Positions 23,764 to 37,402 of a DNA stretch of 64,000 nt are shown here, one piece after another. The DNA is from Azolla caroliniana. Its lineage: Eukaryota > Plantae > Polypodiophyta. Both the position numbers and the translations under genes were made by a program. The first letter of the stretch is position 1. Each line of letters starts with the position of its first letter. Below the pieces are notes generated by a model that searched no databases, was not told the DNA's origin, and was given only the letters and a program-made list of their open reading frames with translations. Location: the NCBI GenBank assembly GCA_043228905.1, contig JBHGNT010000014.1, positions 8,680,001 to 8,744,000 of the forward strand, in the 5' to 3' direction.

Positions 23764-26700
23764 CAGCAGAACGCAATTTCAAAATTATATCAAAACTCTG
23801 TATATCCACACTGTGCTAAGTAGTACTATTTATACAAGTCCTCTTGGGACTGACAGAAGTACCATGTACTTCAATGCTCACACGAGCATCTGACACTTAC
23901 TACGAGACTATAGATACCTAGTAGTCTATCCTATTCTAGGCTTTCGATTGGACTGCTGGTTACGGATTGCACCCGGCCTCCACTGCTTGCCGGTTCGGTT
24001 GCTCACCATCATACCGATCCGTTTTGCCCGATCCGTCTCGCTTACCGGCTCCGGCTTATTCAGCCGATCCGGCTCCGGTTGAGCTTGCCGCTCAACACTC
24101 CCCCTCAAGCTCAACCTGAGGTGAGGTCGTAGTGTCGACCTCTGTGGCAGTCGGTTCTTTCAACCGACTTCTCCTGGCGTCACTCCGCCTTGCTCGCGCT
24201 CCTCGTCCGGTCCGGTCCCGTTTGCCACGACCCCTCTGGTTCTACGCGCCTCGACCCTCTCGATCGGCATGTCTGCTCAATAGGCCCATCTCAGCAGTCA
24301 CGTTGCTGCGACTCCGGCGCTTGCCGATCCGTTGGTTTTCCCACGATGGCATCGACTTCCGCTGTGTCCGTGTCCCCTTGGCCTTCAGTCGATCCGACTC
24401 ATCCGGGTCCATCTGTTGATCCGAGTCAGCTGTCTCCGACTCGTTCTAGCTCTTGTCCGAATCGGTACACTCCGATTCGACTTCCGGCTTCAGGCCTCTC
24501 ACCACATCGGACCACTTCCGAGTCTTGGCCTTCTCCATGCTTCCCTCGGCTTCTTTAGCCGGTGAACCAAAATCGAATTCTCCATTCGACTCCGCATCAT
24601 GGTCAGTACCGTCGTGATGACCTCCGCACAACATGCACTTCTCTTCCTGAGTGCACAACTCTTCTTCACAGCCGCTTGCTCCGACCTGTTCGGATGTGTC
24701 GACTTCCTTCGTCGACTCGGCTTCCTTCATCTTCTTGTCTCCTCTTCTTCCGGCTCTCCTCTTACCGACGGGTTCAACAGTTTTTTTGCCTTTGCCAGTT
24801 TCGGTAGAGACTTTGCCCTTGCTTCTCCCCTCAAGTGCGGCACGTCGAGATGCTGAATACCAAGCATATCGGTAAAGTGCTGCAACTTGTCCGATCCGAG
24901 CGGCTTGGTGAAGATGTCGGCAACTTGCCGATCCGTATGAACATACCGTAGGTCAACTTCACCGCTCAGGACCTGCTCACGCACGAAGTGGTAGTGCACC
25001 TCGATGTGCTTTGTGCGAGCATGGAACACAGGGTTCCTGGCGAGCTGCAGGCTGCTCATGTTATCGTAGTAAATCGGGATCGGGGTCGGCACCTCGATCC
25101 GCAAGTCTCGCAGCAGTCGCCGAAGCCAGATGGCTTCACAAGTGGCAACGGTAGCGGCCCGGTACTCAGCCTCAGTGCTTGACAAAGCCATTGTGGGCTA
25201 CTTCTTGCTGCTCCACGCAACGGCCGCGCTACCTATGGAGAACATGTATCCGGAAGTGGAGCGGTGACCAGACGCATCGCCGGCCCAGTCAGCATCGGTG
25301 TAACCGACAAGCTCTTCGGGTATACCTCGCCGGTATAGCAGTCCCCGGTCCTTAGTGCCGCTGACATACCGTAATATGCGTTGCGCGCACTGAAGGTGCT
25401 CCACGGTCGGCTTCTACATGAACTGACTTACCATGCCGACCGGATAGCTGATGTCGGGTCGGGTGATGGTTAAGTAGATCAGGCTTCCGACAACCTGTCG
25501 GAACCGTTTCTTAGTGCAGGCCGGTCCGGAGTTGGGACGGAGCTTCTGGTTCGGGTCCAGGGGTGTGGAGACAGGTCGGCAATCCGTCATGCCGAACTTA
25601 AACAACATATTCAACATGTAATGTCGTTGTGAGAGCAATATGCCATCGGGGGTCCGGATCATTTCGATCCCAAGAAAATAATGAAGGTCCCCCAGGTCCT
25701 TCATTTCGAATGCGTCCGACAACTGGGACTTGACGCGGTTGATTTCGGGAAGACCCGGTCCGGTGATTACTAAATCATCCACATACAAGAGTATACATAC
25801 CGGACCGTCAGAGCCTTGCCGGATGAATAACGAAGAGTCTGACTTAGAGACAGCAAACCCCAGCTTACGCAACCGGTGCGTGATCTTCGCGTTCCAAGCT
25901 CGGGGGGCTTACTTCAAGCCGTAAAGTGACTTCTTTAGTCGGCATACCGCCGACTTGTTCATCTCCGAGTGAAATCCGGGGGGCTGAGTCATAAAGACTT
26001 CTTCTTCAAGCTCTCCTTGAAGGAAGGCGTTCTTCACATCCATCTGGTGAAGATGCCACCCCCTTGCCGCAGCAACCGCCAGTACCACACGAACCGTCGT
26101 CATCTTCGCCACAGGAGCGAAGGTCTCATCGTAGTCGATTCCGTGGGTCTACGCGTATCCCTTCGCCACTAACCGGGCTTTGTACCGGTTAACAGAACCG
26201 TCGGCGTTGTACTTGACCTTGTACACCCACTTGCATCCGATCGGTTTACAGTGACGGGGAGGATCAACTAGGTCCCAAGTTTCGTTGGCATCGAGTGCCT
26301 GCATTTCTTCGTCCATAGCGGCACGCCAATTTGCGTCCTTTGCCGCTTCTGCGTAGCTCTCCGGCTCACGCACTTCTGTCACCTTAGTCATGTACGCATA
26401 ATGATGCGCCATGTATTCATTGTACCCGTACCGCACGACTGGATCCTTCTGACGGGTTGATCGGCGCAACGCACCGTCACCTGATTTGAGGCCCTTCTTG
26501 GCCAGTTCGGTCTTCGTTGCCGAAGATCTGCCTTTCTCTTTTCCGGAGTCGAATACGCACCGATCCGACTCATCGATGCCGGTTTCGAATTCCGGCATCT
26601 TCCTTTTCCCTTTCTCTTTGCGCGTGAACCGTTTCCTCGGTTCCTTGCGCGGGGAGAGCACGACAGAGTCTCCACCACTTGCCGTCTCTTCATCCGACTG

Positions 26701-29634
26701 GTCCAACCGACTCAGTCGCTCGTTCGGTCCACTCAACCGTAACGATTCCAGACTCTCATCTTGAGTCCCTGCATCATCATCCTCTGCCAGGGCTGATTCA
26801 GGCTCACTGGCCTGATCTTCCGACACTGTGTCGGGATCGGAAGTTGGAGTGGGTACGGAATACCAGGATGCCGATTCATCGAACTCGACATCCCGGCTAA
26901 CTCAGACTTCCTTCGTCCGGGGGTTATAGCACTTATACCCCTTTTGCTCTTCAGCATAGCCGACTAGGATGCATTTTTCCGATTTTGCATCTAGCTTTCT
27001 CCGCTTCTGATCCGGCACATGCACATACGCTATGCTGCCGAATATCCGAAGGTGTCTCAAGTTCGGCTTGCGCCCGAAATACAGCTCATGAGCTGACACC
27101 TTGTCACCAATGCGGTTTTGTATGTAGACGGCCGTCCGGACCGCCTTCGCCCAGTAGAACCGGGGCATGCTCTTTTCCTCCAGCATTGTCCTTGCCGCTT
27201 CGACGAGTGTCCTGTTCTTCCTTTCGGCCACACCGTTTTGCTCCGGTGTGTATCTGCAGCTGAACTCTCGCCGAATTCCCTTCTGTTGCAGATAACTAGT
27301 GAATTGGCCAAAAAAATATTCCTTTCCGCCATCCGACCGAAGGCATTTGATCTTCCTCTCCGATTCCCGTTCCACCATCTTCTGGAGGCTCCGGAAACAG
27401 TCGAAGACTTCGTTCTTCCGCTCAATGAGGTAGATCCAAGTATGCCGAGTATCGTCGTCGATGAAGGAGACGAAGTATCGGCTCCCGCCAAGGCTTACAC
27501 TTTGTGTCGGTCCCCACACATCCGAATGGATGAGATCGAGCTTGTTACGGCTCCGGTTCTGTTCGGTGGGGAATGGAAGCCGGTGTTGCTTCCCAAGTTG
27601 GCAGGCTTCACAAATTTCGGCTCTCCGGCTGCTGAACTTCGGCAAACCGAAAACGACTTGTTTCGTTTGCAGATCTTGAAGCCTCCGGTAGTTGACGTGG
27701 CCTATCCGCTTGTGCCACAGGTCGATGTCCGACTTGACCTTCTGTCATTTCGCGAACAGAGCGGTGCCAATGTCATTGGTGTCGAGTATAAACATCCTCC
27801 CGTCTCTGCACCCTTGCGCAATGACTTCGCCCTCATCCTCAATGAAGCACCCGAGGTGCGTAAACCGCACCTGCATCCCCTGGTCGACAATCTGACCGAC
27901 GGACACCAGGTTCTTCGTGATCATCGGAACGTGTAATACGTTCATCAGCTTCCCTTTCTGTCCGACGTGGCTTAGAGGGACTTCTCCGACGTGCACGATT
28001 GGGTGAGGAGTGTCGTCTCCGGTTTCGACTACTCCTGGTTGATCCGGTTTCTCCAGAAAGGAGAACCACTCTTTGTGGCTCGTCATGTGGTTCGACGCGC
28101 CGGAATCAACATACCACACTTCCTCCGTTTTGGAAGTGGTCTTCTTCATTGAGTTTGCCTTGTGATTCATCACCAAGGCTGGCCCTTTACCGGCCTTTCC
28201 GGTTCCGGATCCTTCTGATCCGTTTGCGTAGTGCGAGTTTTGCCAGCCATCCTTACCGGTCTTGCCGGATCCGGATTTGTTCGAATCGGCACGCTTTCTC
28301 CAGCACTCGCTTTCCCTGTGGCCTTTTTTGCCACAATACCAGCATTCCGTAGCGGATTTGTCTTGCCGGCCTCCGGCACTGCCTTGACTCCCCCTGCTTG
28401 TGGAGGTCCCGGAACTGCTGTTGGCACGTTCATAGTGCCTCCGTTCCTGCTCTTGCCGGCCGCCTCCATTGCGTGCCGACCCACCTCTTCCACCACGCCC
28501 ACGGAACCGATCCGTTCCCGTGTACAACATTCGGCTGTCCAGGGATGCACTGGTAGATGCACCGGCGTGGTTCTCCTCTACAAGGAGCATCGACTGTAAG
28601 TCGAAGAATGAGGGGGTATTCTCCCTTGTACATACCGCAGTCCGGAACGCTCCGAACTTGGACGCTAGGCCTCCGAGACATACCTGCACCATCTCGTCTT
28701 CCTCTACGGTAACATTGATAGAGGCTAGCGAGTCGCAGATCTCCTTTATCCGGCCCGTGTAGTCTGCCACAGACATGTTCTTTTGTCGAACATTGCTCAA
28801 CTCCTGTCTGAGTTGCAGCTTCCGGGCAGTGGTGCTTGCGGCGAAAACCTTTTTCAGGTTCCCCCAAGCATCCTTCGGTGTCTTGGCGTCACGGATGTGG
28901 CTGAGCAGCTGATCGCCGACACTGGACGCGAAGCAGTACATCACCCTGCTTGCCGCCTGTTCCCATACCGGGAAGTCCTTGTGTGCCGAGTCTGGCGCCG
29001 CATCATTCGCTCCTTCGACATAACTCTAGTACCCGTGTCCAAGCAGGTACTGGTGCATCTTGTAAGACCAGGATGCGTAGTTGCTCCTGTCGAGCTTCTC
29101 TACCGGGAGCGATGTAGCCATGTCTCTATCCATGTCTTCTACTGTGTCTGTTCTCGACCTGTTAGGGTTTTCTTCTCAAGAGTAAATGTTTGCAGCAGAG
29201 GTTCTCAACCCTCGCACTCTGATACCATGTGAACGTAAGTGTTTACGGAAGCGTAAAATAGAGAACAACACACACACACACACAGAGACAGAGACAGAGA
29301 CAGCAGAACGCAATTTCAAAATTATATCAAAACTCTGTATATCCACACTGTGCTAAGTAGTACTATTTATACAAGTCCTCTTGGGACTGACAGAAGTACC
29401 ATGTACTTCAATGCTCACACGAGCATCTGACACTTACTACGAGACTATAGATACCTAGTAGTCTATCCTATTCTAGGCTTCCGATTGGACTGCCGGTTAC
29501 GGATTGCACCCGGCCTCCACTGCTTGCCGGTTCGGTTGCTCACCGTCATACCGATCCGTTTCGCTCGATCCGTCTCGCTTATCGGCTCCGGGTTATTCAG
29601 CCGATCCGGCTCCGGTTGAGCTTGCCACTCAATA
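23687..29634 (-). mobile_element. Full-length Ty1/Copia LTR retrotransposon, gag-pol carrying several stops
   Basis: LTRs 23687-24097 and 29228-29634; TSD GGCAA; PBS TGGTATCAGAG (tRNA-iMet) at ~29217-29227; PPT CTTGAGGGGGAG at ~24098-24109. Order gag (CWYCGKKGHRESEC), protease (WYVDSGAS), integrase (HSDVWGP...EQNGVAER), RT (YVDD), RNaseH (DADWAG...TKHIEVHYHF). Confidence 0.97.
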
Positions 29635-30120
29635 GGCAAGCTATCCAGAATTGTTAAAGTCAACTTAATTTGGCTAATACTTATACATGGTATGGTCTTT
29701 TCTCTCCTTTGGGTGTTTTAATAGGTGCTCGGGCATGTGCTAACTAGGGTCAAATAAGATTTTACAACGTTGGTGATGATGGTCTTTTATATTTAGTGGA
29801 TGTAGAAGCTGAAGTTATGCAATTAGCCTTCGAAAAACCCATTAGGGTTATTGCTCGGTTGGATAAGAAGATTTTTCTAGATCCGAGCCCTTTTTTGGCA
29901 GACCATGCCATACAAATATGGGCATTCTAAACTAAGACAATGACACATTTTAATTGGGACCCAGTTGATTATGCATGGTGGTTGGTTGGCCATTCCTCGA
30001 CAAATGAACAAGAGAGTAGGATTCTCTCCTTTTTCCAATACGCCATGGCATATGGGAGACGTTTTTTGATGCAACATCATTGCGTAAATCCTGCTGGTCA
30101 AAAGTATTAGGGATCAAGTG

Positions 30121-33100
30121 TGTCATAGACATATGCCACAGAGGAAGGTAGGGATTGAACCCAATCAAAGACCTCATGGTCTCTATTGAGCTACCTATCC
30201 ATCCTTATATCGAATCTAACGTCATGTAATGTAGGTTGAGCATTGGAAGTTTATAGCTTGCACACATTCTCATGCATTCTCAATTGCATGCATCCTCATG
30301 CATTCTCCATTGCATGCATCCTCATGCATTCTCCATTGCATGCATCCTCACGCATACTCTATTTCTAGTTGGCTTACATAGCCTTACCTTCTTGTATAAA
30401 TACTCAGGTGCACCTTGATTCTAATCAAGGTGAACAACACCAGTTATGGATTCTATAATTTGAGTTCTTGTTCTTTTCCTCTCTCTTGTGTTCTAGTCTT
30501 GTTTTCTCTTTGCTCTATTATACTTGTCTGTGAAAGTTTGTTCACCTTCCCTTCTTGCTACCATGTCCGGCTCCGTGGACAACCTAAACCAAATCATGAC
30601 AGCCTTGCAACAACTTCAACTAGAGAATGAAATCCTTCGGGAATCATTACGAGAGTTGCAATCCGGCACTTCAAGAAATCCACCACCCGCCGAGTCACAA
30701 CCACCATCGGCACCGAGCCCGACCACGTCCTCTTCCCATCAATGTCCTCGAACCAACCATTAGCCCACCGGAGAAATTCAACAGCACGAGGGCATATCTC
30801 CGCGACTTCATCAACCAAATTGAGCTTATGATCCTGTTACAGCCCCAACGGTATGCTAGCGACTTTTCTCGGGTTGGGCTTGTCGGCATGCTTCTCTCTG
30901 GGCCGACGCAAGCGTGGTTTGCACGCTTGATCGAGATGTCACCCCCTCTCTTAGAAAACTTCACCACTTTTGTTGAGGAGCTTGAAGCGACATTTGGCGA
31001 GACAGATTGACGACGAACGGCCCTCACAAAGCTTTATTCTTTCCAACAAGGCTCACGTCCAGCCTCGGTCTACGCCTCAGAGTTCCGTCACATTGCTTGC
31101 GATGTCAGTTGGGATGACCAAGCCCTTTGCGACCATTTCCGTCGCGGCCTCCGAAATGACGTCTCTCTTAAACTTCCTAGAGCCCACATTGTTGTCTCAA
31201 GTAATCTCCGACGCTGTCCAGTGTGACAATCGTCTCTTCGAACTTCGTCAAGAAGAACGGGGGACTTGCGGGTCTCAGGCTTCTTACCAAAATGTATCAA
31301 TCGCTAGGCCTTACTTGTCTCCCACGTCAACCTTACCATCACCCAACGATACCCATACCACGACGGAGGTCGATTTCCATACCCCGATGGAGATCGATCA
31401 CGCTCGGTTCCAACCACTAATTGAAGCCCAACGCCAACATCATCGGGACAATGGACTCTGTCTCTATTGTGGCAACCCCGGCCATGTCATCCGCCACTAC
31501 TCGGTGCGGGGCCCATGACACCAATTCCATCGTGCATGTCTTGTGGAGGTTCCTCGACAATAGGAAAATGACCAAGTCCGGCTGAAGTAGGAGCCATGCT
31601 ACTAAACACTTCCTGTTACTCACCTTCTCCATGCTCCTACAAGTCCGTTCTGCCATTAGGAGGGTTTTCTTTGCAAGTAAGTCTTTGTTTTGGTTCGAAC
31701 TTCAATAAATTCTCATGCCTTGCTCGATTTCGGAGCATCTACTTGCTTTTTCAATAAATCGTTTGTCCGTGCACATAATATCCCCATCGTCCGCACATCA
31801 CAACCCATATCCGTTGAAGCGATCGATGGTCGGGTTCTCTCTTAGGGGGTGGTTACCGAAGTCACTATCTCGTTGGTAGTTCAAGTCGGGGCGCACCAGG
31901 AAGAACTCACGTTCTACCTCATCGCAACCCCCCAACATCCGATTGTGTTAGGGCTATCTTGGTTGGAGACACACAATTCGACAATGGATTGGTGTAACCG
32001 CTCCATCACTTTTTCAGTAAGGCCAATTCTTGCTAGGTCACAACACTCTCTTGATTCCGTTGCAGTCGAGTCCGGTTTAGTCGCCACACTGGCCGTTGTG
32101 TTCGGGGACATCATCGTTCCTGTCAACAATTTACCCGTCCGATATAATGACTTTTCCAACATCTTCGAAAAGCGGAATGTTGATCGGTTACCAGCTCATT
32201 GCCCCTATGATTACCCAATCGAACTCCAAGCTGGCGAGCATCCCCCATTCGGTCCTATCTATGGGTTATCTGAACTTGAACTTGAGGCTCTCCACACATA
32301 TCTAGCTGAGAATCTCGCAAAGGGCTTCATTCAACCCTCCAAATCACCGACAAGGGCACCGATCTTATTTGTCAAAAAGAAGGACGGCTCCTTTCGCTTA
32401 TGTGTGGATTATCGGGGTCTCAACAAAGTTACGGTGCATAATTGTTGCCCCCTGCCCTTAATTCCAGTGCTCCTCGATCGACTCCAAATTGGGCATATCT
32501 TCTCCAAAATCAACCTTCGGGGCGCCTACAATTTGGTGCGCATCAAGCCTGGAGATGAGTGGAACACAGCCTTCCCAACGCGCTATGGACATTTTGAGTA
32601 CAAAGTGATGCCATTCGGCCTTAGCAACAGTCGGACCATCTTCCAGTACATGATGAACGATATTTTTTGAGAGTATCTCGATCAATTCTTGGTCATCTAC
32701 CTTGACGACATCCTAGTTTTTTCTTCCAACTAGGAGGAGCACACACACCACGTCCGGATGGTTCTCACCAAAGTTCGGGAATATGGGCTTTTCGCCAATA
32801 GTGAGAAATGCGAATTCGATAGGACCTCTGTTGAATTCCTGGGTTACATGATCTCCCCTACCGGGATCAAAATGGATGAACGCAAGGTAGTGGCAATCAC
32901 TAATTGGCCTCTCTTGACTCAGCTGAAAGAGGTACAATCATTTCTTGGTTTTGCAAATTTTTATAGACAATTTATAAACGGAGGTTCTCTTCCCTACTCC
33001 AACCTCTCATCCAGCTTACTCGGAAAGATACTCCATTTCTTTGGACCCCCGCAGCACACAATGCTTTCAATGCCCTCAAAGCAGCTTTTCTCTCCGCCCC

Positions 33101-35426
33101 CTTGTTAGTCCACCCCGACCCCACCCGCCCTTTCCAGGTTGAAACCGACTCCTCCGAATTTGCCATAGGTGCGGTCTTGTCTCAGCCCGACGACGATGAC
33201 ATCTTGCATCCGGTCACCTTCTACTCTCTGAAGTTTACAGCCTCGGAAATCAATTATATGGTCTACGACAAAGAGCTTGTAGCTATCATCTCAGCCTTCG
33301 CCGAATGGCGACCCTATTTGGCTGGGGCCCAACATCGTATTCAGGTGCTGACCGACGACAAGAATCTCATCCACTTCACCACCACTCGTACGTTGAATCG
33401 GCGGTAGGCTCGCTGATCATCTTTTCTCGCCGACTACGACTTCGAAATCTTGTTTCGACCCGATGTTCAACATGAGAAAGTGGATGCTCTCTCTCGGCAA
33501 CCTGACTTTGCACTATGCCCAGGTGACGACGCATATTCTCAGCAATAGCCTTGATTATTGCGGCCCGATCAACTCCACATGTTCGCAACCTATATGTTGC
33601 ATGATGATTCCTTGCTCAACGAGATCGCCCAAGCAACCATGTCGGACCCTTTCGCTACTTACATCATGGCGTGCCTCAACAACCCATCCTAGGAAATGCA
33701 AAGCTTGGATCTCAGTCACTTTACAACTCAGGATGGGCTACTCTATTGTAATCACCTCCTTTACGTACCAGCTGGCACATGTCGCATCCAAGTACTACAA
33801 ACTTGCCACAATGATCCTCTTGTCGGACACTTTGGGGTCGCGAAAACGTTGGTGTTGCTGTCTAGGGGGTTTTGGTGGCCCAACCTTGGAAATTGGTCAA
33901 AGAATTTATCAAAACTTGTGACGTCTATGCTCGCTCCAAAGAGGCTCACCATCATGCACACGACTTTCTACACCCACTTACAATTCCTAGTCGACCTTGG
34001 GCATCTCTCTCCATGGAATTTATCACCGACCTTCCTCGAGTTTGTGACCATGACACAGTGCTAGTGGTCGTTGATTGGTTTTTGAAGATGGCTCACTTTA
34101 TCCCATGTGCTAAAACCATTTCGAGGGAGGAGATGGCTGACCTTTTTCTGAAAAATGTTGTCCGATTACACGGCTTCCCTGAGGATGTCATTTCTAATCG
34201 AGGTTCTCAATTTATCTCCCACTTCTGGTGCCAACTTCTATAGACATTCGGGACTTCTGTGAACTTGTCAACTGCGCACCACCCTCAAACTGATGGCCAA
34301 ACCAAAAGAGTCAACCAAATCCTCAAACAATACCTCCGGTGTACAGTCAGCTACCAACAAGATGATTGGGTGGACTTCCTTGCCATGGAGGAATTTGCCT
34401 ACAATAATAGTATCCATGCCTCAACTAAGGTTTCCCCATTCTTTGCAAACTACGGTTTTCACCCTCGTTTCAGCATTTCCATTCCGGAGACTTCCGTCAA
34501 TCCGTCGGCCGAGAGGCGTGCCCACACCTTACAAGATGTCCATCGTGACCTCTCCCTCGAGCTATGTGTTGTTGGCAAACAATATAAAGCTCACGTTGAC
34601 CGACATCACTTGGTCGCTCCGACCTTCGCAGTCGGTGAAATGGTTTGGCTGTTATGTCGCCACATCGCAACCACTCGCAACTACAGAAAGTTAGGCCCCT
34701 TCTGTATCTTGGAGCGCGTTAACCCAGTCGCCTTTTGGTTAGCGCTTCCCCCCACATTTCAGCTTCACAATGTTTTCCACGTCTCTCTCCTTCTCGCATT
34801 CCGGGACGACAACCTCCGCCGCCGCCGCCCGTGGAATTATCGATAGGTGAGGAGTACGAGGTTGACTGGATCCTTGACTCCCGCTTGCGTCGCCGAAGAA
34901 TTCAATAGTTGTTCTTATGGAAAGGTTACCCTCTTTCGGACACCACATGGGAACTAGTTACACATTTACAAAATGCCCCGGAGGCAATTCGCGCTTTTCA
35001 TCAACGATACCCTCATAAACCAACTGCGGGTATTAGGAGGCGGCCTTAGAGAGAGGATAATGTCATAGACATATGCCACGGAGGAAGGTAGGGATTGAAC
35101 CCAAGACCTCATGGTCTCTATTGGGCAACCCTGCCAATTGAGCTACCTATGCATCCTTGTGCCAAATCTTGATGTAGTCTAGATTGAACATTGGAAGTTT
35201 CTAGCTTGCACATATCCTCATGCATTCTCCATTGCATGCATCCTCATGCATACTCTATTTCTAGCTAGCTTACATAGCCCTACCTTCTTGTATAAATACT
35301 CAGGTGCACCTTGATTCTAATCAAGGTGAACAACACCAATTACAGATTCTATCATTTGAGTTCTTTTTCCTCTCTCTTGTGTTCTAGTCTTGTCTTCTCT
35401 TTGTTCTATTATACTTGTCCGTGACA
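30121..35426 (+). mobile_element. Full-length Ty3/Gypsy chromovirus (Tcn1/Tf1-like), decayed ORFs
   Basis: LTRs 30121-30535 and 35061-35426; TSD AAGTG; gag (CLYCGNPGH), protease (LLDFGAS), RT (YLDDIL), RNaseH, integrase (HPQTDGQT), chromodomain EYEVDWILDSR...WKGYPLSDTTWE (~34850-35010); purine-rich PPT before 35061. Confidence 0.95.
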
Positions 35427-36289
35427 AAGTGTTATATCAAATCAATATATGGCGGCTTATTGGAAACGTTTATAGGCTCTACCATGTATGCGGAAAGAAA
35501 TTTCTTTTAAACTTGGTTAATGCTTCATTATGCTTTACCTATAGGTTTTCATTTAAAAGGACAAGTCGATGATCGTCGTTGTGTGTGTTGCCAAGTACAG
35601 GAGGAAACTTTGAAACATTTGTTTTGGACTTGTAGTGTAGCTTGACAGTATTGGGGAAGAATATTGAGATTGTGTTCTTGTAAATATAAGGGAATTGTTT
35701 TTACATGGGGGCTTGTTTTCTGGGGATCTTTGGATGTGCAAGTATCTTTAAGGGAATTGTACGAGGTGGAGCATTGCATGGAAGCATTATATGTGTTGGA
35801 GAATACAACTGAAGTAGTTCCTCCTAACATTCTTGGTAGTAATTTTTTTAGAAATTCTTTTGTTTGGAATATTGTTTCAGTTAATGCTTTATGGGTGTGG
35901 TGGAAGTGTCGTTGCAGCAAGAAATATGAAGGCATCGAGTACAATGTGGTGGATATGATTAAGATGTCATGGGACAACTTGGTGCACAAAGTTAAGGGAG
36001 AGTATGATAGTATGACAAGAACACCGGAAAAGGGCATAAGAAAAGGAGAAAAAATTGTATAATATGGTGGCCAATACCTCTCTGGTTGGATGAGTCACAT
36101 GAAGATCGTTGGAATTATGTTCCACCACGTTGGCTATTCCCTCCCCCTAGTCCTTTCTTATTTCAAACATAATTGTGAGGTTTATAGTTTCTTCTTTCCT
36201 CCTTATCTTACAGGTTGACAAGAAGGACATAAAAGAGGTGGATGGGATTGGGGCAGTCCTGTGGATTGATAGGGCAAGATAGTGGATGT

Positions 36290-37040
36290 GGAAAATGAAG
36301 CGTCTTCTAATTTTGGATAAGGATGAGCGATGATGGTGTTGAGGGCTGTAACATAATTTAATGAGGAGACGAGGAGAGTAGCATCATTTTGTTTTTGTAG
36401 GTACATGATTTTGGTGGTAAATCAATGAGAGTGAGATGGTTGATGTGGATTAATGAAGCACAATTCATGTTTTTGATAAGGATGATTGCTAGTGATGTTT
36501 TTGATAAGGAAGACTAGACTCATTTAGTTGTTTGTATGTACAGGTTTTGGCAGTAATTGGCAAGAAGTTTGATGTGGACTTGATGAAGCAAAATGTATGT
36601 TTTTGGATAAGGATGAGTGATGAGGGTGTGGGGGGTGAAGCATACTCTCATGAGGGGATGAGGAAACAAGACTCATTGTATTGTTGTATGTGCAGGATTT
36701 TGATGGTATTCAACGAGATGGATGACGTGAACTTAATGAAGTAGAATTTATGTTTTGGATAAGGATGAGTGATGATGGTGTGGAGGTCGAAGCATATTAG
36801 ATGCATTTTATTGTTTATGTCCAGGAATTTGGTGGTATTTGACAAGATGGTTGGTGAGGACTTAACGAAGCAATTTTTATGTTTTTGATAAGGACGAGTG
36901 ATGATGTTGTGGGGGCCAAAGAATAAGCTCATGAGGAGAGGAGGAAACTTGACTTAATTTGTTGTTGTATGTACAGGAATTTGGTGGTAATCCAGCAAGA
37001 TGGTTGATGTGGAAAGAGGAAGCATAGTTGTTGACTTTAT
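36290..37040. repeat. Diverged tandem repeat, ~130-160 bp period
   Basis: TTTT(G/T)GATAAGGA(T/C)GA-type core at ~36311, 36471, 36601, 36752 and 36882 with recurring TTGTATGTACAGG-like segments. Confidence 0.65.
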
Positions 37041-37402
37041 AGTCACGAATGTGAAAAGTGGTTCTCTTGAAAAACCAAACAACGCAATTGGCCACCTTCA
37101 AATCCGAGATTTACAGGTTGAAGTATTGAATGGCTCATAACTATGACCTAAGAGGGTTTGTTTGCGAATAGAGCTACTTTCGTTGTTGTCTATGGATATG
37201 GATACCTTGCAATGTGTCTAGGGAATAGATTGTAATTACTGGATTGTTTTCTTTGTGTTGGAGTACTATAACATAGATTTGTTTCCTCAACCATTGCCTT
37301 ACACAAGACGTGGCTTGGGAAAAAAATACTTTGTATGTTGTAACCGTTATGACCTTTCGATATAACTAATGGAAGGATATTTTGTTTTGAAAAAAAACGA
37401 AT

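Larger units (their letters stand above)
22410..36170 (+). mobile_element. Degenerate L1-like LINE ORF2, host of the Copia (23687-29634) and chromovirus (30121-35426) insertions
   Basis: RT motifs SIRQGCLLAPFLF, KYLGCQVG, LSLPGRVVVAN, GGLGLIDP; 3' zf-RVT-like region with WVWWKCRC (35660-36060); LINE sequence resumes after each TSD. Confidence 0.8.
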
